64,000 nt of DNA from Nitrososphaeraceae archaeon (GCA_044870765.1 JBIOZG010000005.1:79938-143937); one strand, 5' to 3'. Counted from the first letter of the stretch, positions 51,121 to 60,894 are shown. Notes: generated by a model from the letters alone, not told the origin. Translations and numbers: made by a program.

Positions 51121-51768
51121 ATGTCCTTTAAGGATAAGTGGAACAAAACCCAGTCTGAAAATATGGCTGTTAAAATCTTGGAGAGTATTAAATCTCAAAC
51201 TCCTCTAAAACCACGAATTGAGGAAGCCCAAAAAAAATTGGAGATGCAAATTACAAAGCTCGAAAGTATTTCTGGCAAAATTGTAGAAAAGGATCAGCTT
51301 ATTTTTAAAAGAATAGTACATTCAATTCAGAATCACGATGTTCAATATGCCAAGCTATTATCAAATGAACTTTCACAAATTCGCAAGATGAGCAAAATGG
51401 TAGACTCTGCTAAATTGGCATTGGAACAAATTCAATTACGTCTTAACACCATAACTGAGCTAGGTGATGTAGTAGTTACATTAACCCCGGCAATGTCTGT
51501 CATAAAGAACATTCAAGGTGGGTTAACATCAATGGTTCCAGAAGCGGATCAATCGCTATCTCAGATATCCGATCTAATGGGAGGTATACTATCTGATTCT
51601 GCACAAATTCCAAAGCATGAAGTAGACAGTGGAAGACCATTGAGTGAGGAGTCAACAAGTATCATTGAAGAAGCTACTACTCTTGTAGAACAAAGTATGA
51701 AAGAGAAATTCCCTGATCTCCCTTCAATGCACATTGATGAGAAAACCACAGAAGCATCTACCTACTAA
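51121..51768 (+). CDS. cdvB: ESCRT-III / CdvB (Snf7) family cell-division protein
   Basis: NEL.QIRK, LEQIQLRL.T..ELGDVVVTL.PAM, KFPDLP; paralog identity not resolved. Confidence 0.9.
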   Translation: MSFKDKWNKTQSENMAVKILESIKSQTPLKPRIEEAQKKLEMQITKLESISGKIVEKDQLIFKRIVHSIQNHDVQYAKLLSNELSQIRKMSKMVDSAKLALEQIQLRLNTITELGDVVVTLTPAMSVIKNIQGGLTSMVPEADQSLSQISDLMGGILSDSAQIPKHEVDSGRPLSEESTSIIEEATTLVEQSMKEKFPDLPSMHIDEKTTEASTY

Positions 51769-51772
51769 ACTC

Positions 51773-52132
51773 CTATTTTTTGTTACCTGATTTAGCTATC
51801 AATCTGATATCTTTTTTTATTCTGCTGATTGTGGGGTAGCTGTATCCTTTGTTCCTATAAGCCCTTATCATGGACTTCCAGTTTGCAATACGCCATCTGG
51901 CCTGTTCTTTTGTTAACATGCTAGTCTCTTTTTTTACGAAACTCTTTCTTCCGAGAATCAAGTAGCCACCGTCCTGGGCTTTTTGTCGATTGTATGCAAA
52001 TTTTAATCCCGAAACAATTGATTCGGGATGCAAAAGAGATAAGTAATACTTTATCTCCCGAAATTGACGTTCAGACATTGCTAATCTGATCTTTAGTTCT
52101 CTTTCTACCACGGATTTTATCATCGCGCTCAT
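51773..52132 (-). CDS. conserved basic hypothetical protein
   Basis: 119-aa ORF, YRNKGYSYPTISRIKK helix-turn-helix-like end. Confidence 0.7.
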   Translation of the reverse strand: MSAMIKSVVERELKIRLAMSERQFREIKYYLSLLHPESIVSGLKFAYNRQKAQDGGYLILGRKSFVKKETSMLTKEQARWRIANWKSMIRAYRNKGYSYPTISRIKKDIRLIAKSGNKK

Positions 52133-52141
52133 ATTACATAA

Positions 52142-52169
52142 ATATTGCTAAATTCGAATTTTGAAATAT
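52142..52169. repeat. 28-bp imperfect palindrome (11-6-11), copy 1
   Basis: ATATTGCTAAA TTCGAA TTTTGAAATAT. Confidence 0.85.
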
Positions 52170-52220
52170 ACTATTTTGGATCAACAAATAATATGTGGGA
52201 TATAATTTGGTCTGTACTAT

Positions 52221-52248
52221 TTGTTTCACAATTCGACTTATGCAATAT
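52221..52248. repeat. 28-bp imperfect palindrome, copy 2 (inverted relative to the others)
   Basis: TTGTTTCACAA TTCGAC TTATGCAATAT; reverse complement shares an exact 11-bp arm with copy 4. Confidence 0.75.
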
Positions 52249-52352
52249 GTAAGATGACAGCGCTTTGGTCAATTTGTAAACTGAAAGGAAAGATAATAGT
52301 AACAATTTATTTTGGAGCGGATTCCATATAATTGATTATCATAACTGCTACA

Positions 52353-53519
52353 TCATAGCAGTTTATGTTTTCTACCCAAATTGTAGAGCTCTTCTAAAGT
52401 ATAAACTAACTCTGCTACGGTATGTGAAGCGCTTAATGAAAGTCTCAATACGGAACATCCCTTCTTAACTGTTGGAAATCTCATGGGGTGTACAAATATG
52501 CCTTTTAATAACAATTTGCTGGCAAATTCCATAGCCAGCTTTTCAGAACCGATTTGGATTGGAATTATTTGACTAACCGAATTTCCTATATTATATCCTG
52601 TCTTCCTTAGCCCCTTTCGCACCATTTGCACATTTTTAAAAAGTTTTCTTTGTTGAACTCCCTTTTTTGCGATACTAATGGCTTCAATTGCAAAATTGCA
52701 CAAATGAGTTGGAAGGGCAGATGTGAAAATGAATTGTCTGGAACTGTTTATTAGATATTCTCTGACCATATTTGAAGACGCAACATACCCTCCGAAACAA
52801 CCTAATCCCTTACTTAAACTACTGATGTGAATATCAATTAGGTTATTTACATTTAGTTCTGAAGGCGTGCCAGATCCATGGATTCCAAAGACAAAATCGC
52901 CATGAGCGTCATCAATAATGGTAAAGGCATCAAATTCCTTTGCTAATTTAGAAATTGATTTCAAGTTTGACATGTCACCTTCTATACTGAAAATACCTTC
53001 AGTAACAATAATTTTTTTACCTTTAACTCCTCTCAATAATTTTAAGAGATGCTCCATGTTGTTGTGACGAAATACTTTGATTTTGGCACAAGAGAGTCTA
53101 CAACCATCAATAATACTTGCATGATTTAGTTCATCACTAAAAATAGTTGTATTCATATCTGCTAGACTACTTAGAGTTCCTAAAACAGCTGAATATCCCG
53201 TGGTATATACCAACGATGCTTCTGTTTTTCTATGCATTGACAACGTTTTTTCGAGGTTTTCAAAGACAGTGCTATTTCCGCCTACCAATCTAGAACTACA
53301 CTGGGAAATTTCGTTAAACTCTCTCAGTGAATTATTTATTATCTCTTGGTTTCCAGCCAAACCAAGATAATCATTCGAATTAAAATTGATTATTTTTTTA
53401 CCATTAATTAGAAGGTGCCCTTTTTGGGTATCAACAGGCCTTAATTTTCGATAAAGGTTGTCCGTTTTTAGATTACTCAGATCTGCCTTAATGAATTCGC
53501 GTATCGAGGCCAATTTCAT
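52353..53519 (-). CDS. bioF: 8-amino-7-oxononanoate synthase
   Basis: SNDYLGL, SDELNHASIIDG, DDAH, SLSKG.G..GG, FIFTSALP. Confidence 0.93.
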   Translation of the reverse strand: MKLASIREFIKADLSNLKTDNLYRKLRPVDTQKGHLLINGKKIINFNSNDYLGLAGNQEIINNSLREFNEISQCSSRLVGGNSTVFENLEKTLSMHRKTEASLVYTTGYSAVLGTLSSLADMNTTIFSDELNHASIIDGCRLSCAKIKVFRHNNMEHLLKLLRGVKGKKIIVTEGIFSIEGDMSNLKSISKLAKEFDAFTIIDDAHGDFVFGIHGSGTPSELNVNNLIDIHISSLSKGLGCFGGYVASSNMVREYLINSSRQFIFTSALPTHLCNFAIEAISIAKKGVQQRKLFKNVQMVRKGLRKTGYNIGNSVSQIIPIQIGSEKLAMEFASKLLLKGIFVHPMRFPTVKKGCSVLRLSLSASHTVAELVYTLEELYNLGRKHKLL

Positions 53520-54495
53520 GTATCATTTGGATATCCTTATTTGGTGCGTTTCCATTTGTGGTAAGGTAACCACCAATAATGATTCCATTTGCACCTGCCT
53601 GCAATGCAAGCTTACCGTTATCCTTAAAGTAAACTTCTCTTCCTCCAGCGATTTTCAGTATGGTCTTGGGCATTATAAATCGCCAAACTGCTATAGTTCT
53701 GATTATGTCGATTGTATTAATCGAACAATTCTCTAGTTCCTTTGGTGTACCTTTCCTTGGAATCAAAACATTTATTGGAACTTCATCTGGCTCAAGTGTT
53801 GACAGAGAAAAAGCTAGTTCGATTCGTTGTTTTGGAGTTTCCCCCATTCCAATTATGCCCCCGCAACAAAGCTCCAGGCCTGCATCCTTAACTGTTCTTG
53901 CCGTTTTAACCCTGTCTGCAAAATCATGGGTCTTGCATATCTCCGAAAAGAAACTTTCTGAGGCTTCTAAATTGTGGTTATAACGCTTTACACCTAGCAA
54001 TTTTAGCCTTTGAGCTCGTTGTGGTGTCATGAATCCAAGTGATACATTAATGTCCAGGTTTACTTCTTTCCTTAACCTTTCTATTACCTTACAAATTTTT
54101 TCAAATTCATTTTGTGGAGGCTCTCTATAAGCGCACACCAGACAAAAACTAGCCGCTCCATTCATTTTTGCTTCCATGGCCTTGTCTAAAATTATTTGAT
54201 CTGGAAGCAGTGGATATTTTGTTATACCAGTTTCGTAAATACTAGACTGCGCGCAAAAGGAACAATCCTCAGGACAATTTCCGGATTTTGCGTTTAACAG
54301 TGTTTCAACGTCGACACAATCTTGACTGAATTTCCTAGTAATCAAATTCGCAGAGTCGGCTAACTTTACCAAATTATCAGTCAAAATTAATCTTTCTGCT
54401 GCATCAAAGGAAATAGTATTTCCATTAATGACCTTCTTCATACAAGAATCAATGAACTCGAAATCTTGCATCAGTAGTTCTATTTTGGAACCCAT
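53488..54495 (-). CDS. bioB: biotin synthase
   Basis: CPEDCSFC, YNHNLE, CCGGIIGMGE, VPIN, GYLTT. Confidence 0.96.
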   Translation of the reverse strand: MGSKIELLMQDFEFIDSCMKKVINGNTISFDAAERLILTDNLVKLADSANLITRKFSQDCVDVETLLNAKSGNCPEDCSFCAQSSIYETGITKYPLLPDQIILDKAMEAKMNGAASFCLVCAYREPPQNEFEKICKVIERLRKEVNLDINVSLGFMTPQRAQRLKLLGVKRYNHNLEASESFFSEICKTHDFADRVKTARTVKDAGLELCCGGIIGMGETPKQRIELAFSLSTLEPDEVPINVLIPRKGTPKELENCSINTIDIIRTIAVWRFIMPKTILKIAGGREVYFKDNGKLALQAGANGIIIGGYLTTNGNAPNKDIQMIHEIGLDTRIH

Positions 54496-54847
54496 AATTA
54501 ACCTTTAATTTTGTGACCAATTCTAATATGGTTGTTATATCCAGTTGAATAAGAGAAGATCTTCCTATGGTTTTTTTCCAACGTTAGACGAAAGCAAATA
54601 CCAAAAATATTAATGTTGAAACTTATAAAAAATCAAACATAACGATTCATTTTGTCGGCGGCATACAAAATAAATTTAAGCGTCTTGAAATTAGGAAAAA
54701 TTAGCAAAAATACCTGCATTAAATGTCATTTTTCGACCATTTAGCCCCTTTAAGGAGCAGTAAAACCCATAAATCTTGACATTTCGGCGAGTATCATATT
54801 AAACCCAAGAGAGTGCGAAATTCGCCATCCTTAAGGGGTTAGACAAA

Positions 54848-54959
54848 CGTCTGAAAAAGGACCCCTTTATATACAGGGCAAAAAAATCACCATTTTTTTA
54901 CTCTTGCTTAGTCCAAAAAATGTAATACCTTTTTTTAACTGTACGTAAATTTCTTGACC
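54848..54959. promoter_or_regulatory. putative res-like site (subsites I/II/III) overlapping a TATA box upstream of the resolvase
   Basis: 28-bp cgtctgaaaaagg-ac-ccctttatataca (54848-54875), 31-bp agtccaaaaaatg..cctttttttaact (54910-54940), weaker 54940-54959. Confidence 0.5.
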
Positions 54960-54994
54960 TATGCAATTATCAAGGTTCTGTTAGAAAACATACA

Positions 54995-55585
54995 ATGAAA
55001 TATTCATTTGGATACTTGCGAGTCAGCACCGACGAGCAGACCGTCTTAAATCAGAAATTAGCGATAGAAAAGTGGGCGGCTGACAATGATTATGAAATAC
55101 TTGATTTTTTTGAAGATTCTGCAATAAGCGGTAAGATCCCTGCAATTAATAGACCCGCATTCAAAGAGATGATGGATCTCGTTAGAACCGACCGAGTCGA
55201 CTCTGTACTTGTTTATGAATTGTCGCGGGTTGGTAGATCATTTTGGGAAACACTTGACGCCATAAAATCAATAGAAATATACTCACCATTGATTTCATGT
55301 TCTCCTAAGGAGCTTTTTCTACAGACAACGGATACTAGCGTTCGGAAATTAATGATCGGCATATTGACCTGGGTAGCAGAAAGAGAAAGAGAAATGCTGA
55401 TTCAAAGGACAAAGGATGGGATGATAAGGGCAAAAATGTCCGGCAAAAATATCGGGCGGCCGAAAAAAACACTCGATAAAGACACCCTGATTAAGATGTT
55501 ATCTCAGAACATACCAAGAAATAAAATTGCTAAAAATCTTGGGATATCCAAGGCTACACTTTATAACCAAATTCGTATGATTTAG
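54995..55585 (+). CDS. small serine recombinase (resolvase/invertase family)
   Basis: GYLRVST catalytic Ser, D.AISG, RP.F, LSRVGR, ERE....RT..G, GRP and C-terminal HTH IAKNLGISKATLY. Confidence 0.93.
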   Translation: MKYSFGYLRVSTDEQTVLNQKLAIEKWAADNDYEILDFFEDSAISGKIPAINRPAFKEMMDLVRTDRVDSVLVYELSRVGRSFWETLDAIKSIEIYSPLISCSPKELFLQTTDTSVRKLMIGILTWVAEREREMLIQRTKDGMIRAKMSGKNIGRPKKTLDKDTLIKMLSQNIPRNKIAKNLGISKATLYNQIRMI

Positions 55586-55597
55586 CCAAAATAAATG

Positions 55598-56950
55598 TCA
55601 TCGATGCCGTCTTATTTTTTGGTCAAGTTTTTGTATTATTTCATATTCAGTATCAACTATCCGTCCAAGATCATGCTTTTCCATTGCTAATGGTGGGATT
55701 ATCGCAACGATGTTTCCCAGAGTTCTGAGGTACACTCCTTTTTTTAATGATTCTTTTGCAATGAAGTGGCCAATCGGAATTTTATCTATGTTTTTGATCG
55801 GTATGCCGTGTTTTCTTAATTCAATTCCACAAAGTAGACCCTTGGATCTTATGTCATAACAGATTTCCAATTCCAAAAATTTTTTTAAAAGACCAGTTAA
55901 AATCACTGAATTATCCCTTATTCTTCTAATTAGATTTAGCTTTTCGTAAAGATCCAAATTTGCCAGTGCCGCAACACATCCAACAGGGTGACCCGTAAAA
56001 GTGTGACCGTGAAAAAGTTGTTTTTTAGCCCAATAGTCTCCAAGAAATTCTCTAAAAATATCATTTGTTGTTAATGTTACTGCTAGTGGAAAATATCCTC
56101 CAGTAAGGGCTTTTGCGTAACAAACAATGTCCGGCTTTGAGTTTTGTGCATCATATTCTATCATATTGCCAAGTCTTCCAAAACCTGTAGCGATCTCGTC
56201 TAGGATCAGCAGAACGTTGTATTTTTTACAGAGTTTGCTAATTTCCCTTTGAAAGTTCTTTGGGTAGATGTTTATACCTCCTGCGATTTGAGCTCCGCTT
56301 TCCATTACAAATGCAGATATTCTTGATGATAGGTTCTTTAGTATATTTTCAATCTTAGCAATATGCGAATCATAGTTTTGGGGACCGAATTTTTCATGCC
56401 TTATAGTGGGCGAATCTACTCTTAATGTTTTGAGAAGAATTGATTTGTAGGGAGAAAAGTATCCATCAACATAACCTACTGACATGCAACCAATTGTATC
56501 GCCATGGTACCCGTTTTTTAAACAAATGAATGTTTTTTTCTCCGACATCGCTTTATTCTTCCAATATTGGGTTGAGATTTTTAGCGCAGCTTCAATTGCT
56601 GTTGAGCCGTTATCCGTGTAGAAAACTCTGCTCATTCCCTTAGCCATGGTTGTAAGACGTTTTGCCAATTTTACCGACGGATGATTTGTTAGTCCAAATA
56701 GTGAAGAATGAGGCAGAGTGTCAAGCTGCTTTTTCATCGCATCAATTATTTCTGGCCTATCATGTCCCCAAACATTACACCACATATTACTAATTCCATC
56801 AAGATATCTTCTATCTTGTGAATCGACAAAACTAAAACCGTTTCCAGATTCAATGACGATATTATTTGATCTGTTCCAGATTTTCATCTGAGTGTACGGA
56901 TGCCAAACATATCTTTTATCGAGATTATTACTATTCAATAGGAAGAGCAT
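55598..56950 (-). CDS. bioA: adenosylmethionine--8-amino-7-oxononanoate transaminase
   Basis: VWHPYTQM, W.NVWGH, DNGSTAIE.ALK, YHGDT.G, DEIATGFGR, HGHTFTG. Confidence 0.95.
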   Translation of the reverse strand: MLFLLNSNNLDKRYVWHPYTQMKIWNRSNNIVIESGNGFSFVDSQDRRYLDGISNMWCNVWGHDRPEIIDAMKKQLDTLPHSSLFGLTNHPSVKLAKRLTTMAKGMSRVFYTDNGSTAIEAALKISTQYWKNKAMSEKKTFICLKNGYHGDTIGCMSVGYVDGYFSPYKSILLKTLRVDSPTIRHEKFGPQNYDSHIAKIENILKNLSSRISAFVMESGAQIAGGINIYPKNFQREISKLCKKYNVLLILDEIATGFGRLGNMIEYDAQNSKPDIVCYAKALTGGYFPLAVTLTTNDIFREFLGDYWAKKQLFHGHTFTGHPVGCVAALANLDLYEKLNLIRRIRDNSVILTGLLKKFLELEICYDIRSKGLLCGIELRKHGIPIKNIDKIPIGHFIAKESLKKGVYLRTLGNIVAIIPPLAMEKHDLGRIVDTEYEIIQKLDQKIRRHR

Positions 56951-57164
56951 GAATATTGCACTATTTGTACATTAGCCTCAAAAAATTTTCTTGATAAAGT
57001 TTGCTCTTAACAATAAGATTAAAATGTGATTGATGATCCCAACGTATATTATTTTTGTTTCGATTCGTCCTAATTATAATATCATATCTATGTGGTCATG
57101 AGAAAGATTCTTGAAGAGTTTTTCAAAATAAGTTTATTAATAATCTGGCAATACCCTTTAGGTA

Positions 57165-57548
57165 ATGAGAACAAAAATATCTATAATCCTGCTTTTCATT
57201 TCTCTTGCATTACTAATATTATATGGTGCTGATGTAATGGCCCCAAATGCGTCTTCTGATGATGCGAAAAGTGGTTTTCTTCACTTAAATGCGGCAGTTA
57301 GGGGTGGGATCTTAGGAGGAGGTGCAGTAATCCTATCTATTATCGCTTTTGCAATTTCATTTAGGGAAAAATCTTTACTGGTATCGGTGCTTCTTTTTAT
57401 CAACGGCGGATTGATAATCGCGGGAATGATAGGAATGGCTGTTCAGGATGGAGCAAGGGAAGGTTCTACTTTGTATAGTACAACCGGATTGGGAATATTG
57501 CTAGTGGCATTGGGTGTTGTGAAAGTTATCATTACATGGAAGAAATAG
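57165..57548 (+). CDS. four-TM hypothetical membrane protein
   Basis: Four hydrophobic segments. Confidence 0.75.
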   Translation: MRTKISIILLFISLALLILYGADVMAPNASSDDAKSGFLHLNAAVRGGILGGGAVILSIIAFAISFREKSLLVSVLLFINGGLIIAGMIGMAVQDGAREGSTLYSTTGLGILLVALGVVKVIITWKK

Positions 57549-57569
57549 TTTTTTCGCGAAATCTACTCA

Positions 57570-57597
57570 ATATTTCATAATTCGAATTTAGAAAGTT
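57570..57597. repeat. 28-bp imperfect palindrome, copy 3
   Basis: ATATTTCATAA TTCGAA TTTAGAAAGTT; 24/25 identical to copy 4 over the first 25 nt. Confidence 0.85.
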
Positions 57598-57659
57598 TTT
57601 ATCCAAGACATTCATTTAGCATAACATTTATTTAAAGTAATAATTTCTGTAAAACATGC

Positions 57660-57762
57660 GCCGCTGTAGCTCAGCATGGTAGAGCAAATTCAAAGGCTAG
57701 TTACTTTGGAGCTTAACTGGCTGTTAACCAGTGGGCCATCAGTTCAAGTCTGATCAGCGGCG
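57660..57762 (+). tRNA. tRNA-Asn(GUU) with 29-nt intron at 27/28 (57688-57716)
   Basis: GCCGCUG/CAGCGGC acceptor, ACUGG/CCAGU stem, loop CUGUUAA; BHB-like central GAGC/GCUU with AAA/AAC bulges and UUCAAAG/CUUUGGA intron stem. Confidence 0.92.
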
Positions 57763-57860
57763 CTTAAATCTGGTTTACACTAGTTCCCACGAGATTATTC
57801 AAGTCCTGACAATTTGAGTTTGAATGTTACTAATTTTTAAGTCAACACGAACGCAGCACT

Positions 57861-57888
57861 ATATTGCATAATTCGAATTTAGAAATAT
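57861..57888. repeat. 28-bp imperfect palindrome, copy 4
   Basis: ATATTGCATAA TTCGAA TTTAGAAATAT. Confidence 0.85.
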
Positions 57889-57937
57889 AATAATCCTGAG
57901 CTGCAAAATATTTTTTGACGGTTTAGATAATTAATGA

Positions 57938-58297
57938 TTAAAGTTGTATTATATCGAGAGCTATCGCGTTTGCCAGCAGGTCAACATGTCTTGAAGCAAC
58001 TATGTACCCATTCTTTATTTCGTTTTTTGAAATCCATCGGTTAGTTGAAGACCATAGTCTTTCTTTCCTAATTTTTTTTTCTAATTCCTCAACATCCAGT
58101 TCCTTTTCTTCGATTTCTTGTGTATCTGTTTTTTTCATTGTCAGAAGGACCTTTCTTACCAGAATTCTGCTTCCAAACCTTTGTGAAAAATCTCTAGCAG
58201 ATTCATCGTAGTCAAGTAGTTTAATCTTTATCTGGACTCTGTTTAAGACGTCTCTGCTCGTCAGCAGTCTGTCGTCAACAAATCTATCGTATGACAT
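57938..58297 (-). CDS. conserved thaumarchaeal hypothetical protein
   Basis: Clean 119-aa ORF. Confidence 0.7.
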   Translation of the reverse strand: MSYDRFVDDRLLTSRDVLNRVQIKIKLLDYDESARDFSQRFGSRILVRKVLLTMKKTDTQEIEEKELDVEELEKKIRKERLWSSTNRWISKNEIKNGYIVASRHVDLLANAIALDIIQL

Positions 58298-58354
58298 CTC
58301 TGTTTCTAGTAAGAATTATTGAATAATTAAATCATACAGTAAATGATTCGTGCA

Positions 58355-58699
58355 TCATGTAACTGAGAATTCATAGTACGGAGAATTGTCCTTACCCAGA
58401 CCACATCTGGTTAATTTTACCGGGCTACCGGGAGACATATTCCCTTGACTTAAACTTCCTATGATCCTGATGCCCGACATCTCGACTAGTCCTAAATTTT
58501 TTCTCTCCCCGATAAATGATTGTGAAGACTCGATTAACCTGCCCTTCGAATTTAATTTTGACATTCTAATTTTTTTAGAAAAGCAATTACTACAAATATT
58601 CGATGGTGGCCAAATCTTTGTGTTGCAATTATCGCACACCGGAACTCTGAAATCACCGCTGCTTAAATAATTGAGAAACTTTTTCATGACATCGTCCAC
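58355..58699 (-). CDS. DUF35 (Zn-ribbon + OB-fold) thiolase partner
   Basis: CxxC...WPP...CxxC followed by OB fold; downstream of thiolase. Confidence 0.85.
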   Translation of the reverse strand: MDDVMKKFLNYLSSGDFRVPVCDNCNTKIWPPSNICSNCFSKKIRMSKLNSKGRLIESSQSFIGERKNLGLVEMSGIRIIGSLSQGNMSPGSPVKLTRCGLGKDNSPYYEFSVT

Positions 58700-58805
58700 A
58701 ATAGTGTCATAATTGAACTTGTTAATAATTGATTAAATAGTATGCTTTTTTTATTTGGAACTGGATAGCCAATACTTGTACTCCTATTTCATAAAGGTGT
58801 AAGAA

Positions 58806-59909
58806 CTAAGAAAGTATGAGAACTAATGAGGAAGAACCTGCTGCTGACATATTATGCACCAAACCATTCTTGCATCGTTTGATCTGTCTTTTTCCAGCCT
58901 TTCCCTTTAATTGCTGACAAATTTCTACCGTTTGTGCCACACCTGTGGCTCCTAACGGATGACCCATTCCTAATATTCCTCCACGGGGATTGATCGTAAT
59001 ACTTTGCTGCGATACAAACTTTGCTCCTTCCCCTTTTTCACAAAGCCCCAAGTCTTCATATGCAAGAATCTCCATTATTGTGAATGCGTCGTGAAGCTCA
59101 ACAATATCTATTTGTTTTGGTTTAACATTCGCCATGGCAAAAGCCATGTTAGAGGCCTTTCTTGTAGATTGTATATATGAGAGATTGGAGCTGACGTTAC
59201 CAAAACTTGCAGCTTCGACCGAACTACCTATCCCTTCTATCCATACCGGACGGTCTGTATATTGTTCGGCCTCATCTTCGTTTGTAAGTAATATTGCTGA
59301 AGCCCCATTACAGATATTGGAACAATCTAGCAATTTTATTGGCTCCACAAGTTTTTTTGAATTCATCACCTCGTTGACTGTTATTTTTTTTCTAAACAAA
59401 GCATTTTGATTCAGGCAAGCGTTTTTTCTATTTTTCACTGCAACTGATGCCATTTGTTCTTCTGTTGTGCCGTATTTACGCATGTGGGCTTTTGCAAATA
59501 GGGCAGCCCAGTAAATAGGTGAGGTAAAACTTCCCCTTGAGACATCCCATGCTAAACGAGATCCTTTGGTTTGTTTCATGTCGGCCCCAACAACTAGCGC
59601 AGTCTTACACAAGCCAGATTTTATAAAAGAATATGCAGAGACAATAGCATTGGTACCAGAATTACATAGATTATCCAATCTTTGAGAAATAGTTGGTTTT
59701 ATTCCCAAATATTCTGATATAATGGTTGAGCCGTATTGAATATCGGAAGTCGTCGATAAAATAACTGCATCAATCTTAACATCAGCCTTTCTTGAATTTT
59801 GCATAATAGTTTTACAAGGCTCGCATGCCAATTGTTGAAGTGACAAAGATGTATCTTTATTGAATTCTGAGGTTGACTCATCAACTATGGCTATTCTAGA
59901 CATTTTCAA
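58806..59909 (-). CDS. thiolase (acetyl-CoA acetyltransferase, archaeal/SCP2-like)
   Basis: NLCNSG, ELHDAF, GHPLGATG. Confidence 0.9.
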   Translation of the reverse strand: MKMSRIAIVDESTSEFNKDTSLSLQQLACEPCKTIMQNSRKADVKIDAVILSTTSDIQYGSTIISEYLGIKPTISQRLDNLCNSGTNAIVSAYSFIKSGLCKTALVVGADMKQTKGSRLAWDVSRGSFTSPIYWAALFAKAHMRKYGTTEEQMASVAVKNRKNACLNQNALFRKKITVNEVMNSKKLVEPIKLLDCSNICNGASAILLTNEDEAEQYTDRPVWIEGIGSSVEAASFGNVSSNLSYIQSTRKASNMAFAMANVKPKQIDIVELHDAFTIMEILAYEDLGLCEKGEGAKFVSQQSITINPRGGILGMGHPLGATGVAQTVEICQQLKGKAGKRQIKRCKNGLVHNMSAAGSSSLVLILS

Positions 59910-60894
59910 TTAGAAGGAGAGAGTCATTGATTGATTGTTCATTGTCCTTAACGGGATTTACTTGTAATATTGGAAGAGAGATACCGGACGAGGCAAATCG
60001 TTTTAGAGATTTGATGCATTCCTCAACTGTTCCATTGATTGTCAGTGAATCAAGCATTGAATCTGTCACATATTCAATGGTACTTTCAATACCATTTTTC
60101 TTATATTCTGTTGTTATTTGTTTTACTTCATCTTCAAATCCATGTGAGGACAAAAATTTGTTATAGTATTTGCCTACAGCCACATAAAATGCCAGCGTCT
60201 TTGCTGCTCTGCTGCGTGCCAGATCAGGATGCTTGTTTGAAACCGCCGTAATAAATACAGTACTGATTTCAAAATTAGATTTACTGGACAATACTGATTT
60301 GATGAATTCTGTTGTTTTTTTAATCTCATCTAATGGACGAAGATACAAAATTATCCCGTCTGCCTCTTCTACTGCTAGTTTAATCATTCCTGAATTTACT
60401 GCACCAAGATAAACAGGAATTCTTTTTCTTGATGATGGGTGCAAAATCCGCATGTTTTTTAACCTGAAAAATTCTCCATCAAAGTTTATCGTTTCTGCTC
60501 TGGAGATGATTTTAAAGCACATCAAGTATTCCCGCATACGCCTAAGTGGATGTTCAAAACTTATTCCATGCCAGTTTTCAGCAAGAACCGGTGTACTTGC
60601 ACCTATTCCAATTATTGTACGATTTGAGGAAATATTATCTAAGGTAGAAGCGGCCATTGCCAATGTAGCGGGTGTTCTAGAAAACATGCTTACAATCGAA
60701 GTTCCTATCTTTATCTTTTCAGTAATCGCCGCAATGGCTCCTAGCATTACAAAGGCCTCGCGTCCCCAAGACTCAGGAATCCATATAGAACTCACATTTG
60801 GTCTAACGTCTAATAATTTACCGATTTTTAGAATATCTTGAGCGTCAAACAGGCTACTTGGGTTGTAGCCGATTTGAGCGATCTTCTCAGTCAT
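59896..60894 (-). CDS. LLM-class (probably F420-dependent) oxidoreductase
   Basis: WIPESWG, IGTSI...SRTPA, R.IIGIG, P.YLGA; cof genes present in the window. Confidence 0.85.
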   Translation of the reverse strand: MTEKIAQIGYNPSSLFDAQDILKIGKLLDVRPNVSSIWIPESWGREAFVMLGAIAAITEKIKIGTSIVSMFSRTPATLAMAASTLDNISSNRTIIGIGASTPVLAENWHGISFEHPLRRMREYLMCFKIISRAETINFDGEFFRLKNMRILHPSSRKRIPVYLGAVNSGMIKLAVEEADGIILYLRPLDEIKKTTEFIKSVLSSKSNFEISTVFITAVSNKHPDLARSRAAKTLAFYVAVGKYYNKFLSSHGFEDEVKQITTEYKKNGIESTIEYVTDSMLDSLTINGTVEECIKSLKRFASSGISLPILQVNPVKDNEQSINDSLLLIENV

